Assembly: GCF_000283555.1 (NCBI RefSeq)
Contig: NC_016012.1
Location: 1,230,001-1,262,000 of the forward strand
Direction: 5' to 3'
Source of the DNA: Candidatus Arthromitus sp. SFB-rat-Yit
GTDB lineage: Bacteria > Bacillota > Clostridia > Clostridiales > Clostridiaceae
DNA: 32,000 nucleotides
This document shows, piece after piece, positions 1 to 9,480 of the stretch; the stretch's first letter is position 1; each line of letters begins with the position of its first letter. Position numbers and translations under genes: made by a program. The notes under the pieces were generated by a model. That model had not been told where the DNA came from. It did no database searches and saw only the letters and a program-made list of their open reading frames with translations.

Positions 1-120
1 TGTATAAAATCTCCCAATTTATTCTCCTTAAAAATTAATTCTCCTTATATTAATAGGTATTAACCAATTAAAATATACCCATAATAAAAGGCATGTACCT
101 ATGGCACACACCTTTATTAA

Positions 121-2286
121 TTACTCTACTCTTAATCCAAGACTATATAAGAAGTTTCTAGTTTCTGACTCACCAAGCATTCTTTCAGATATAGCCTGCA
201 TAGCCGCAGTTCTATCTCCAACTTGTGCAATTGTTTCTTCTAAAGTCTTAACCCACCAAGCAAGTCCTTCAGAATCTGATGTTCTTCCTGTAACAGATCT
301 ATACATACGCTCTACGTACTTAGTATTATCTAAGTTTTTCTCTTTATATTCTTGTTCGTTAACTATATTAGACGTGAAATAATTAACTGAAAACTCTTGT
401 GAAGAAAGTTTTGATGTCCAATATGCCATTCCATCTGGATCACCATCTCTTAAGAAGAATATATTATAGAAACCTTCAATCCACTCTTTTGCATTTGTAA
501 TTTTCTTAGTTGTAAATGGCTCTATATCCATAGCTAACTCTTGTCCATCTTTAAGCACAACTACTAATTCAAGTCCTTCAGTTAAATTGTTTGGAATTAT
601 TCCATATAACTTAACTAAATTCTCTTTAGTATCATAGAATGAACTTGCAATTGAATCTCCAACAATTGAAACATCTTTTATAATTCCATTTGGATCATTA
701 AATAATATTTCAAATTCCGCTTTAGTTGGAGTAACATTCTTAAGTTCAAATGATTTTAATAAATCTCCTTCTTCTCCAGCTGAAGTACCATTTCCAAGTG
801 TTCTTATCGTCATAGGATTTACAGAAATAACATCATAATTTGTAAACCTTCTGTTTATATCACCATCTCCAGAGTTAAACGTAACAATTAATTCCGTAAA
901 CTTATAATCTGTTCCAGACTTTAACCCTGTTATCAATAAATCTTTATACTCAGAGGCATTTTTTTGAGGATCCTTTAAAGTATTATCAAGTTTAGCATAA
1001 GACTGCATAGATCCAATTTTAGTATCCTCTTTTAAAATCTTACCATCATAAAGATTTCCTTCCGAATCCTTTACTTGTATTCTCTTTATTGTATCCTCAG
1101 GATCATATAAAGCATCATAAAGTACTACTCCATCCTCCAAAGGTCTAACGTTAGCATGATTATATCCTTGTGCTTTATCTTCTTCTGAAAATGGACCAAT
1201 ATAACGGATTATATTATCATCAGTTGATACAATCTCACCTTTATCATCTACATCAACATTAACAAAATAAGAAACTGTAGGTTTAATTGCTAAAGGATCT
1301 AATGGATTTGTATTATCAATATTTATATTCTCTGTTAATAGAGGATCTAAATAAGGAATTATTCCTTTTTTACCTTCTATAGCAGTTTGAGTTGATGTTT
1401 TTTGAACTACACTCTTGTCCACAAGTGTTGGAAAAATCAAAGAACCACCAAAAGATATATTAGTTATCTCAGATCCTGTTGGTAATCCATAAATCTTAAA
1501 ATAAATATTCCCTTCTTTGTCTACAATTTTAGGAGCATTATAAACATTTGTATACTGATTTATCTTACCTGTTGTGGTATCCATAACTAAATCCTCAATT
1601 GATATCTTTTTAGTTTCAGTTTTAGCACCACTTGTATATGTCACATTAAGTGTAAAATCTTTATTCACCAAATTGCCTGACTCATCTTTCATACCAAGTG
1701 AATTTTGTATAATTGTCGCAAGAGTTTCTTGTTGAACTAATTCAATCTGAGAACCCTTTCCACTTGATAAAATATTTAAATTCTTAGTATATTCATTAAC
1801 AGCTGCATCTATATTAGACTTCAAAGCAGCTTCAACATTACCCGAAAACTTAACCTTGATATAAGCATATCCACCTGTTGATTTATCCCTTAAGTACGAT
1901 TTTTGATAACCTTGCATATCTTCTCTTGCTACAACTGAAGTATTTCGAATTACCCCACCTTCAACTCCAGTTATTGTTAAAAACTGCTCTTCTGCATTTA
2001 CTGACGAAGAAGATTTAACAAAATCTTCCGTTCCTTTTAATGGTAAAACTTCGTTCTCATCATACTTACCATTACCATTAAAATCAACTGCACCTGGATT
2101 CGTTCCAGCTGGCAACTCCATGTTTGAAAGGTTAATCGTAAATTGGCTATCCCCTTCAACATATCTACTTTGCTGTGCTGGTACAGCCCAAGCAAATTTC
2201 GAACCGATATGAGTCATCACACCTGAAGCAACAGATAAAGATAAAAATATCCCGATTAATTTCTTCATAAATTTTTTACTAAACAT
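121..2286 (-). CDS. Secreted/surface protein with signal peptide, repeated beta-sandwich-like domains and C-terminal DUF4214-type modules
   Basis: ORF of 721 aa; N-terminal MFSKKFMKKLIGIFLSLSVASGVM signal-like segment; C-terminal FYNIFFLRDGDPDGMAYWTSKL and MYRSVTGRTSDSEGLAWWVKTL match DUF4214 patterns; AAGGAGG RBS upstream. Confidence 0.85.
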   Translation of the reverse strand: MFSKKFMKKLIGIFLSLSVASGVMTHIGSKFAWAVPAQQSRYVEGDSQFTINLSNMELPAGTNPGAVDFNGNGKYDENEVLPLKGTEDFVKSSSSVNAEEQFLTITGVEGGVIRNTSVVAREDMQGYQKSYLRDKSTGGYAYIKVKFSGNVEAALKSNIDAAVNEYTKNLNILSSGKGSQIELVQQETLATIIQNSLGMKDESGNLVNKDFTLNVTYTSGAKTETKKISIEDLVMDTTTGKINQYTNVYNAPKIVDKEGNIYFKIYGLPTGSEITNISFGGSLIFPTLVDKSVVQKTSTQTAIEGKKGIIPYLDPLLTENINIDNTNPLDPLAIKPTVSYFVNVDVDDKGEIVSTDDNIIRYIGPFSEEDKAQGYNHANVRPLEDGVVLYDALYDPEDTIKRIQVKDSEGNLYDGKILKEDTKIGSMQSYAKLDNTLKDPQKNASEYKDLLITGLKSGTDYKFTELIVTFNSGDGDINRRFTNYDVISVNPMTIRTLGNGTSAGEEGDLLKSFELKNVTPTKAEFEILFNDPNGIIKDVSIVGDSIASSFYDTKENLVKLYGIIPNNLTEGLELVVVLKDGQELAMDIEPFTTKKITNAKEWIEGFYNIFFLRDGDPDGMAYWTSKLSSQEFSVNYFTSNIVNEQEYKEKNLDNTKYVERMYRSVTGRTSDSEGLAWWVKTLEETIAQVGDRTAAMQAISERMLGESETRNFLYSLGLRVE

Positions 2287-2432
2287 TTCTTCCTCCTTGA
2301 AAGAATTAAATTTTTAAGATTAATCTTTCAAACCGATAAATTTATAAATCTAAATTCATGTTATGTTCACATAATCGGAATATTTTTATTTTTATTTACT
2401 ATGTATAGTTATTTTTATTTAATTTTTTATGT

Positions 2433-3557
2433 TCAGTTATTCGAAATCAATTTCATATACTCTTTACTCGATTCCATATTTAAAAACTTATCCAAAAGTT
2501 CAATTTTACTCTCATCAACAGTCTCCTTATTAGAAAATTTTTCATTAAACTCTTCCAAAGTGATTATTGACACTCTTCCATTTATTATTTTTTTATTAGC
2601 TAAAAAATAAATACTATCAACTATCTCTTTATTAGTTGTATTTATTAAATCAAATTCATCACTCAAAATAATTTCACTCAATATACTCTTTATATCAACT
2701 ACATTATTTAAAACATTATATAAATTTTGAGAATACTCTTTTTCAGTTGGATATCTCTTTAAAACTTGAGAATAAATTTTAACAAAATAATTTTCAAGTT
2801 CTGAACCATAGTCCATTAAAAGTTTTGAAATTATAAACTTTATTTTATTTTGATCCTTATCGTAAGAAACTATTTCCACATTCAAATACTGCTTTCCTGG
2901 AATCAAATTGCCAATTATTAATTTGTTGTTATTCTTATCATAATTTACACTTAAACCCGAAACTTTATTTCCATTAAAATCAGCTGTAATTGTAAATTTT
3001 GAATTTGGATCTATGTTAATATTTTCCGGAATATCAACCGAACTAGTTACTCCCTTTGTTGTGTAACCATTAAGTGCAAAAACATTTTCAAAATTTTGAT
3101 ATAACTCATCTTCTATATTAATCATTAAAATATCACTCATATAAATTTTATCTCCTTTTTTAAGTGACATCTTCAAATACAAATTTACATTCTTATCCAA
3201 GAAATCCAGATTTTTGTATAAATCCTTATCAAAATTTTCATCAATTTTAATATTAAATCTCTCTATGTAACTATCTTCTGTATTAATATCTTTAGTATGA
3301 ATGGAAAAAATATAATCTTTTAAATTTTTAGAATTAATTTCATTCAAATTATACATAATGTAATTAATTAAATCATTTTTAGTTAGTTTATTAGTATTGA
3401 TAGGTGATAAAAATAGCTTATCATCTTTTATACCAATAAATTCTTTACCCAAAATTTTTGTATCTACAGTTTTTAATATGAAATCTAAATTTATAGTTAC
3501 AAGAAGTATACAAATAAAAACAACTATACCAATAAAATTACGTAATTTATAATTCAA
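2433..3557 (-). CDS. Membrane-anchored/secreted hypothetical protein, divergent paralog of the neighbouring DUF4214 protein
   Basis: 374 aa; N-terminal TM or signal segment (IGIVVFICILLVTINLDF); C-terminal ENYFVKIYSQVLKRYPTEKEYSQNLYNVLN resembles a degenerate DUF4214 module. Confidence 0.65.
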   Translation of the reverse strand: MNYKLRNFIGIVVFICILLVTINLDFILKTVDTKILGKEFIGIKDDKLFLSPINTNKLTKNDLINYIMYNLNEINSKNLKDYIFSIHTKDINTEDSYIERFNIKIDENFDKDLYKNLDFLDKNVNLYLKMSLKKGDKIYMSDILMINIEDELYQNFENVFALNGYTTKGVTSSVDIPENINIDPNSKFTITADFNGNKVSGLSVNYDKNNNKLIIGNLIPGKQYLNVEIVSYDKDQNKIKFIISKLLMDYGSELENYFVKIYSQVLKRYPTEKEYSQNLYNVLNNVVDIKSILSEIILSDEFDLINTTNKEIVDSIYFLANKKIINGRVSIITLEEFNEKFSNKETVDESKIELLDKFLNMESSKEYMKLISNN

Positions 3558-3623
3558 TTACTTACACCTCCTACATATTTTTAAAAAACAAAGGTATAGT
3601 TTTTCACACAAAAAACTTATATT

Positions 3624-4616
3624 TTAATTTTCTATATATTTATCCTTAAGTACCAAATCCACCCAGTTCAAATTACTCAAATACCAATTTATAGTATTTC
3701 TAATTCCTACTTCAAAATCAGTTATACACTTAAATCCAAGCTCATTATATATTTTACTACTATCAACTGAATATTTTAAATCATGCCCTAATCTATCATC
3801 TACATAAGTTATAAGAGAATAATCTTTATTTAACAATCTAAGTATTTTCTTTATCAAACTCAAATTATCAATTTCATATCCAGAGGATATATTATATATT
3901 TCTCCTTTTTTGCCTTCTTTTATAATCTTATCAATAGCCATAGAATGATCATGAACATACACCCAATCACGTATATTTTTCCCATCGCCATATACAGGTA
4001 TCTTATTACCCTTGAGTGCATTTACAATAACAACAGGTATTAACTTTTCTGGAAATTGATATGATCCATAATTATTTGTACATCTAGATATTGTTACATT
4101 AAGTTTAAACATCTTAAAATAACTCATAACTAACATATCCGCTGATGCCTTTGAAACTGAATAAGGTGAAGATGGTCTTAATATATCTCCTTCTTCAAAA
4201 CTTTTATCATCCTCTAATTTCAAATCACCATATACTTCATCAGTTGAAATTTGATGATATCTATTAACACCATACTTCAAACACATATCCATCAAATTCT
4301 TAGTTCCTATAATGTTAGTTTCTAAAAATACTTGTCCATTATATATTGATTTATCTACATGAGATTCTGCAGCAAAATTTACTACAATATCGAAATCTTC
4401 ATTTTGAAAAACTTTATCCAAAAAATTATTATCTAAAATATTCCCTCTATAAAATTTAAAATTTATATTTTGTCTAACAAGCTCTAAGTTTTCAAGATTC
4501 CCCGCATATGTCAATGCATCTATACAAGTAACATATATATCCCTATATTTGTTAATCATATAGTGAATAAAATTGCTTCCTATAAACCCTGCTCCACCTA
4601 CTACACAAATTTTCAT
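3624..4616 (-). CDS. rfbB: dTDP-glucose 4,6-dehydratase
   Basis: 330 aa SDR-family protein: GGAGFIGSNFIHY, STDEVYGDL, YSVSKASADMLV, NNYGSYQFPEKLIP. Confidence 0.93.
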   Translation of the reverse strand: MKICVVGGAGFIGSNFIHYMINKYRDIYVTCIDALTYAGNLENLELVRQNINFKFYRGNILDNNFLDKVFQNEDFDIVVNFAAESHVDKSIYNGQVFLETNIIGTKNLMDMCLKYGVNRYHQISTDEVYGDLKLEDDKSFEEGDILRPSSPYSVSKASADMLVMSYFKMFKLNVTISRCTNNYGSYQFPEKLIPVVIVNALKGNKIPVYGDGKNIRDWVYVHDHSMAIDKIIKEGKKGEIYNISSGYEIDNLSLIKKILRLLNKDYSLITYVDDRLGHDLKYSVDSSKIYNELGFKCITDFEVGIRNTINWYLSNLNWVDLVLKDKYIEN

Positions 4617-4845
4617 AAACCCCTCCTACTTAAAAATTAGATATAAAAATTTATCTAATCTCTATAACGTTATAAGTCTACTATAATTTTTACTTTTCTT
4701 CTACTTTAATAAAAATAATTTCCTTGAATTAATTTTAAATACTAATATAATAATTCTTAATAATCTTCATAAAAATAATACTTGTCTATTTACAATATTA
4801 TATTAAAAATATTTAACTGTGAAGATTATTTAGTTTTATATAAAG

Positions 4846-6597
4846 GTGAATTTAAAAATGGATAAAAAAATATATATCGAAAATATTCAAGCATCCATAA
4901 AAAAAATTGCTTGCGATTTAGTAATAAAAAATATAACAATTGTAGATGTATTTCAAAATTCTTCGTTCGTATCAGATGTTGCTATTCATAATGGTTATAT
5001 AGTTGGTCTTGGGGATTACTCTGGAAAAAACGAAATAGATGGAAGCAAAAAATATATTTGCCCTGGTCTAATAGATGCTCATGCCCATATAGAATCATCT
5101 CTTTTAACTCCAAAAGAATACTACAAAACTGCTCTCATACATGGAATAACTTCTGTAATTATAGATCCTCATGAAATTGCAAATGTTCTCGGACGCGATG
5201 GGATTAATTTAATGATGGATCTTTCACGCGATATACCATTTGACTTTTACTTTATGCTACCTTCATGTGTACCTGCAACAGAATTTGAAAACTCTGGTGC
5301 AGTGTTAAATAGTTCTGATCTTTATCCATTTTATAAAAATGATAAGGTTCTTGGATTAGCCGAAGTTATGGATCTAAAAGCTGTCCTTGAATGCGATAAA
5401 AACATGATAGATAAAATTTATGATGCTTATATAAATGATAAAGTCATAGATGGTCATTGTGCTGGATTCTCAATTGATCATATAAATGCATATACAACTG
5501 CTTATATAAAAACAGATCACGAATGTCATACCCATAAAGAATTAATTGAGAGAATTCGTCGTGGAATGTATGTTCATATAAGAGAAAGAACTGTAGCTAA
5601 AAATTTAAAAGAACTTATACAAGGAGTATCAATACACAATAGTAGAAAATTATGTTTATGTACAGATGATAAACACATAGATGATTTTGTGAAAGATGGA
5701 TCCATAGATAATTCAATAAAAATGTGTATTAAAAGCGGACTAAGCCCAGAAACTTCGATTCAAATGGCTACTATAAATACAGCTGAATGCTATAAATTAA
5801 ACAAAAAAGGTGCTATTGCACCTGGTTATATTGCAGACTTTTTAATACTCGATTCATTACACGATTTTAAAATTTCATCAGTATACAAAAATGGAAATTT
5901 AGTTGTTGAAAATAACAAGCTAGTAAACAAAGACATATCCAACATAAAAATATCTTTAAAAACTCAAATAAATATACCAAACCTCACAGAGGATCATTTT
6001 AAGATATCCATCAAAAACAAATCACTTTTAAATGTTATAGAAATAATACCTAATAATTTAAATACTAATCATCTTAAACTAAATATATCTTCCCTCAATT
6101 TAAATCACAGTGAATATTTTAATGCCTGCACTAAAAATGATTTATTAAAAATTGGTGTTATAGAAAGACATAATAACACTGGAAACATTGGACTTGGAAT
6201 TGTAAAAGGGCTTATGTTAAAATCTGGAGCAATAGCTACAACAATTGCTCATGATTCTCATAACTTAATTGTTTGTGGTACAAACGATAAAGATATGATA
6301 CTTGCATGTAATCACATAAAAAAAATTGCTGGTGGAATTGTAATTATAGATAAAGGAGAGGTTCTCTATTCCCTAAGCTTAGAAATCGGAGGACTTATAA
6401 CAAATAGAAAGACTCAAGATGTTATAAAAGACTTAGAAATTTTACACAGCAAAATTAACATACTCTCACCAAATTTGACCTTCAATCCATTTTTAACATT
6501 ATCCTTCTTATCTCTTCCAGTAATACCTGATATAAAAATTACTGACAAAGGTCTATTTGACACTATTAATTTTAAATTTATAAACGTATGTGAATAA
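4846..6597 (+). CDS. ade: Adenine deaminase
   Basis: 583 aa; CPGLIDAHAHIESS, IIDPHEIANVLG, DGHCAG, CTDDKH; C-terminal ASTIAHDSHNLIVCG-like segment (AIATTIAHDSHNLIVCGTND). Confidence 0.93.
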   Translation: MNLKMDKKIYIENIQASIKKIACDLVIKNITIVDVFQNSSFVSDVAIHNGYIVGLGDYSGKNEIDGSKKYICPGLIDAHAHIESSLLTPKEYYKTALIHGITSVIIDPHEIANVLGRDGINLMMDLSRDIPFDFYFMLPSCVPATEFENSGAVLNSSDLYPFYKNDKVLGLAEVMDLKAVLECDKNMIDKIYDAYINDKVIDGHCAGFSIDHINAYTTAYIKTDHECHTHKELIERIRRGMYVHIRERTVAKNLKELIQGVSIHNSRKLCLCTDDKHIDDFVKDGSIDNSIKMCIKSGLSPETSIQMATINTAECYKLNKKGAIAPGYIADFLILDSLHDFKISSVYKNGNLVVENNKLVNKDISNIKISLKTQINIPNLTEDHFKISIKNKSLLNVIEIIPNNLNTNHLKLNISSLNLNHSEYFNACTKNDLLKIGVIERHNNTGNIGLGIVKGLMLKSGAIATTIAHDSHNLIVCGTNDKDMILACNHIKKIAGGIVIIDKGEVLYSLSLEIGGLITNRKTQDVIKDLEILHSKINILSPNLTFNPFLTLSFLSLPVIPDIKITDKGLFDTINFKFINVCE

Positions 6598-6603
6598 AAT
6601 ACA

Positions 6604-6633
6604 TTGATTTATAATCGCAATTAAGTATATAAT
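6604..6633 (+). promoter_or_regulatory. Putative sigma-A promoter for codBA leader (TTGATT / 18 nt / TATAAT)
   Basis: -35-like TTGATT at 6604-6609, TATAAT at 6628-6633, just upstream of the PyrR-like leader. Confidence 0.5.
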
Positions 6634-6652
6634 ATCTTTCAAGAAAACTAGT

Positions 6653-6755
6653 CCTTTAATTTTAGTCCAGAGAGACTAACAAGGCCTTATACGAATGTGT
6701 TTTTACATAATTAAAAATAATTCATTTTATAACGGCCTTTTGGCCGTTATTTTTT
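6653..6755 (+). promoter_or_regulatory. PyrR-binding transcription attenuator (anti-antiterminator, antiterminator, terminator) in codBA leader
   Basis: CCTT(6653-6656)/AAGG(6681-6684) lower stem; TTAGTC(6662-6667)/GACTAA(6674-6679) upper stem closing hexaloop CAGAGA; sequence AGTCCAGAGAGACT matches the PyrR consensus; terminator ATAACGGCC-TTTT-GGCCGTTAT + T-tract (6729-6755); AAGGCCTTAT (6681-6690) can pair with ATAACGGCCTT (6729-6739) with one bulged C. Confidence 0.88.
6729..6755 (+). terminator. Intrinsic terminator of the codBA attenuator
   Basis: 9-bp perfect stem ATAACGGCC/GGCCGTTAT, TTTT loop, T-tract. Confidence 0.88.
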
Positions 6756-6797
6756 ATGCTAGTTTGATAAAAATTTAATACGATTGGAGATGGCTAA

Positions 6798-8039
6798 ATG
6801 GATAAAAATAAAATTTCAGATATGGATTATTCTTTATCTTCCGTAGATTCTAAAGACAGAAAAGGGTTCTTTTCAATATTTGTTATAATGCTAGGATTCA
6901 CATTTTTCTCTGCAAGTATGCTAACAGGTGCAACCATTGGAGTTTCTCTAAATTTAAATGACTTCCTAAAATCTATATTAATTGGAAACTTAATTCTCTC
7001 TATATACACAGGACTATTATCATACATAGGATCTGATACTGGATTATCGCTACACCTATTAACTAAATATTCATTTGGATTAAAGGGATCTTATCTCCCA
7101 TCATTCATTACAAGCATAACTCAAATAGGATGGTTTGGTGTAGGTATTTCAATGTTTGCAATACCCATATCAAATAGATTCAATATAAACCTTTATGTTC
7201 TTGTTCTAATAACAGGAATCTTAATGACTAGTACCGCTTACTTTGGAATGAAATCACTTACTATATTAAGTGCAATAGCTGTACCTGCTATTGCAATACT
7301 CGGTGGTCTATCACTACTTATAGCAATTCAATCAATTGGTGGATTCGGCGAACTATATAGTATAACTCCAACAAATCCGATGAATTTAATAACTGCAATA
7401 ACTTTATGTATTGGATCTTTTATAAGTGGAGGTACTGTTACTCCAGACTTTACTAGATTTTCAAAAACAAAGAAAATCGCGGTATCAACAACAGTAATAG
7501 CTTTCTTTATTGGTAACTCCTTAATGTTCTTATTTGGTGCAGTTGGTGCAATGGTTACCGGAAATTCTGATATAGCTGATGTAATGTTCTCTCAAGGCCT
7601 TATTATACCAGCTATAATTGTACTTGGACTTAATATATGGACAACAAATGATAATGCGATATATACAGCAGGTCTTGGACTCTCTAATATAACAAAAGTT
7701 AAAAAAAACAAATTAGTATTGATAAGTGGTTTAATTGGAACTCTCGGCTCTATATGGATTAATAATAATTTTACATCTTTCCTAACTTTATTAAATTCAA
7801 TGCTACCTCCAATCGGAGGTGTTGTCATCGCAGATTACTTTTTCATAAAGAAACTCAAATACGATAAAATAGAAATTGCAAAATTCAAAGAGGTTAATCC
7901 AATAGCTATAATATCATTTATTATTGGATTTTTAGTTGCAAATTTTATATCATTTGGTATACCTGCCATAAATGCTATTATTTCAACAATAATTATTTAT
8001 ATTATTGGAATGAAAATTTTTAAAAATAAGGATGTGTAA
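6798..8039 (+). CDS. codB: Cytosine permease (NCS1 family)
   Basis: 413 aa, about 12 TM segments; [52 protein letters not shown]; directly followed by codA. Confidence 0.92.
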   Translation: MDKNKISDMDYSLSSVDSKDRKGFFSIFVIMLGFTFFSASMLTGATIGVSLNLNDFLKSILIGNLILSIYTGLLSYIGSDTGLSLHLLTKYSFGLKGSYLPSFITSITQIGWFGVGISMFAIPISNRFNINLYVLVLITGILMTSTAYFGMKSLTILSAIAVPAIAILGGLSLLIAIQSIGGFGELYSITPTNPMNLITAITLCIGSFISGGTVTPDFTRFSKTKKIAVSTTVIAFFIGNSLMFLFGAVGAMVTGNSDIADVMFSQGLIIPAIIVLGLNIWTTNDNAIYTAGLGLSNITKVKKNKLVLISGLIGTLGSIWINNNFTSFLTLLNSMLPPIGGVVIADYFFIKKLKYDKIEIAKFKEVNPIAIISFIIGFLVANFISFGIPAINAIISTIIIYIIGMKIFKNKDV

Positions 8040-8041
8040 TA

Positions 8042-9310
8042 TTGTTAATTAAAAATTTGAAACTCAAAGGAAAAAAAGGAATTTATGATATAAGAATTAA
8101 GGATGGTATATTCCATGAAATCTCAAATAATTTAATTCCCCTTAAAAATGAAGATGTAATAGAAGGAAACTTCAATTTAGCACACCCCCCTTTCATAGAA
8201 CCACATATCCATTTAGATACTGTACTTACAGCTGGTGAACCTAAATGGAATAAAAGCGGCACACTCTTTGAAGGAATACAAGTATGGAATGAGAGGAAAA
8301 ATTTCTTAACACATGACGATATTAAAAGTCGTGCAAAGAAAGCTATTAAATGGCAAATAGCAAATGGTATACAATTTGTTAGAACTCATGTTGATACTAC
8401 AGATAAGAATTTAACTGCAATCAAAGCAATGATTGAACTAAGAGAAGAACTTAAAGACTCTATAGAAATACAAATTGTCGCATTCCCTCAAGAAGGAATT
8501 CTATCCTACCCTAATGGAATTGAATTATTAGAGGAGTCTATAAAACTTGGTGCTGATGTTTTAGGTGGAATTCCACATTTTGAATTTACTCGAGAATACG
8601 GAGTTCAATCTATAGATTTAATTTTTTCATTAGCTGAAAAATATAACAAACCTATAGATGTACATTGTGATGAAATCGATGATGAGCAATCAAGATTTTT
8701 GGAAGTTCTAGCAACTCGTGCATATGAAACTGGATTAAAAAATAAAGTTACTGCAAGTCACACAACTGCAATGGGTTCATATAATGATGCCTACACATAT
8801 AAATTATTTAGAATTCTCAAGATGAGTGAAATCAATTTTATATGTAATCCTCTTGTAAATATACATCTTCAAGGTAGATTCGATAGTTATCCAAAGAGAA
8901 GAGGAGTTACTCGAGTAAAGGAATTGAATGAATCTTCGATAAATGTTTGCTTTGGTCACGATGATATTTTCGATCCATGGTATCCCCTTGGATGTGGAAA
9001 TATGCTAGACGTTCTCCACATGGGATTGCACATTTGCCAAATGATGGGGTATGATGATATAAACGATTCACTTAAATTCATATCATATAACAGTTCTAAA
9101 ACTCTAAACATACAAGATAATTACGGAATAGAAGAAGGAAAACCCGGAAATTTAATAATACTTAATGGTACTAATGACTACGACATCATTCAAAGGAAAA
9201 GCTCAATAATATACTCAATACGAAATGGAAAAATAATTTCAAATACCACTCCTTCAAAAACATTTATTAATATAGATAATAAATCAGAAGAAATAAACTT
9301 TAAAAAATAA
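8042..9310 (+). CDS. codA: Cytosine deaminase
   Basis: 422 aa (TTG start); [59 protein letters not shown]. Confidence 0.93.
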   Translation: MLIKNLKLKGKKGIYDIRIKDGIFHEISNNLIPLKNEDVIEGNFNLAHPPFIEPHIHLDTVLTAGEPKWNKSGTLFEGIQVWNERKNFLTHDDIKSRAKKAIKWQIANGIQFVRTHVDTTDKNLTAIKAMIELREELKDSIEIQIVAFPQEGILSYPNGIELLEESIKLGADVLGGIPHFEFTREYGVQSIDLIFSLAEKYNKPIDVHCDEIDDEQSRFLEVLATRAYETGLKNKVTASHTTAMGSYNDAYTYKLFRILKMSEINFICNPLVNIHLQGRFDSYPKRRGVTRVKELNESSINVCFGHDDIFDPWYPLGCGNMLDVLHMGLHICQMMGYDDINDSLKFISYNSSKTLNIQDNYGIEEGKPGNLIILNGTNDYDIIQRKSSIIYSIRNGKIISNTTPSKTFINIDNKSEEINFKK

Positions 9311-9340
9311 GAGATGCAAATACATGCATCTCTTTTATTT
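9309..9340 (+). terminator. Intrinsic terminator after codA
   Basis: AAGAGATGCA (9309-9318) / TGCATCTCTT (9325-9334) followed by TTATTTTT. Confidence 0.8.
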
Positions 9341-9381
9341 TTGTCTGCATATTAAAAACTCTAAGCTCATTCTCAATCTAA

Positions 9382-9421
9382 TTGTAAACATTATCCTTTA
9401 ATGATATAATCTTATATCATT
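9382..9421 (+). promoter_or_regulatory. Putative promoter with palindrome overlapping the -10
   Basis: TTGTAA (9382-9387), 17-nt spacer, TATAAT (9405-9410); perfect inverted repeat AATGATATAA-TC-TTATATCATT (9400-9421). Confidence 0.5.
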
Positions 9422-9480
9422 GGAAATAAATATAATAATAACTTTTTATAATAAAAATTTGATTTGAAAGGTGGTTAACT

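Noticed and set aside
101-382. 93-aa plus-strand ORF
   Set aside because: Antisense shadow of the 721-aa DUF4214 gene; no RBS or recognisable domain.
2401-2610. 69-aa ORF opposite the 374-aa gene
   Set aside because: Mostly antisense to a longer plausible CDS; low-complexity hydrophobic composition driven by AT content.
4617-4845. Possible purine riboswitch upstream of adenine deaminase
   Set aside because: Searched by eye for the conserved purine aptamer core; only AT-rich sequence with small palindromes (ATAACGTTAT, TTAGATA...TATCTAA) was seen.
6827-7828. Minus-strand ORFs 6827-7027 and 7592-7828
   Set aside because: Antisense to codB, which is strongly supported.
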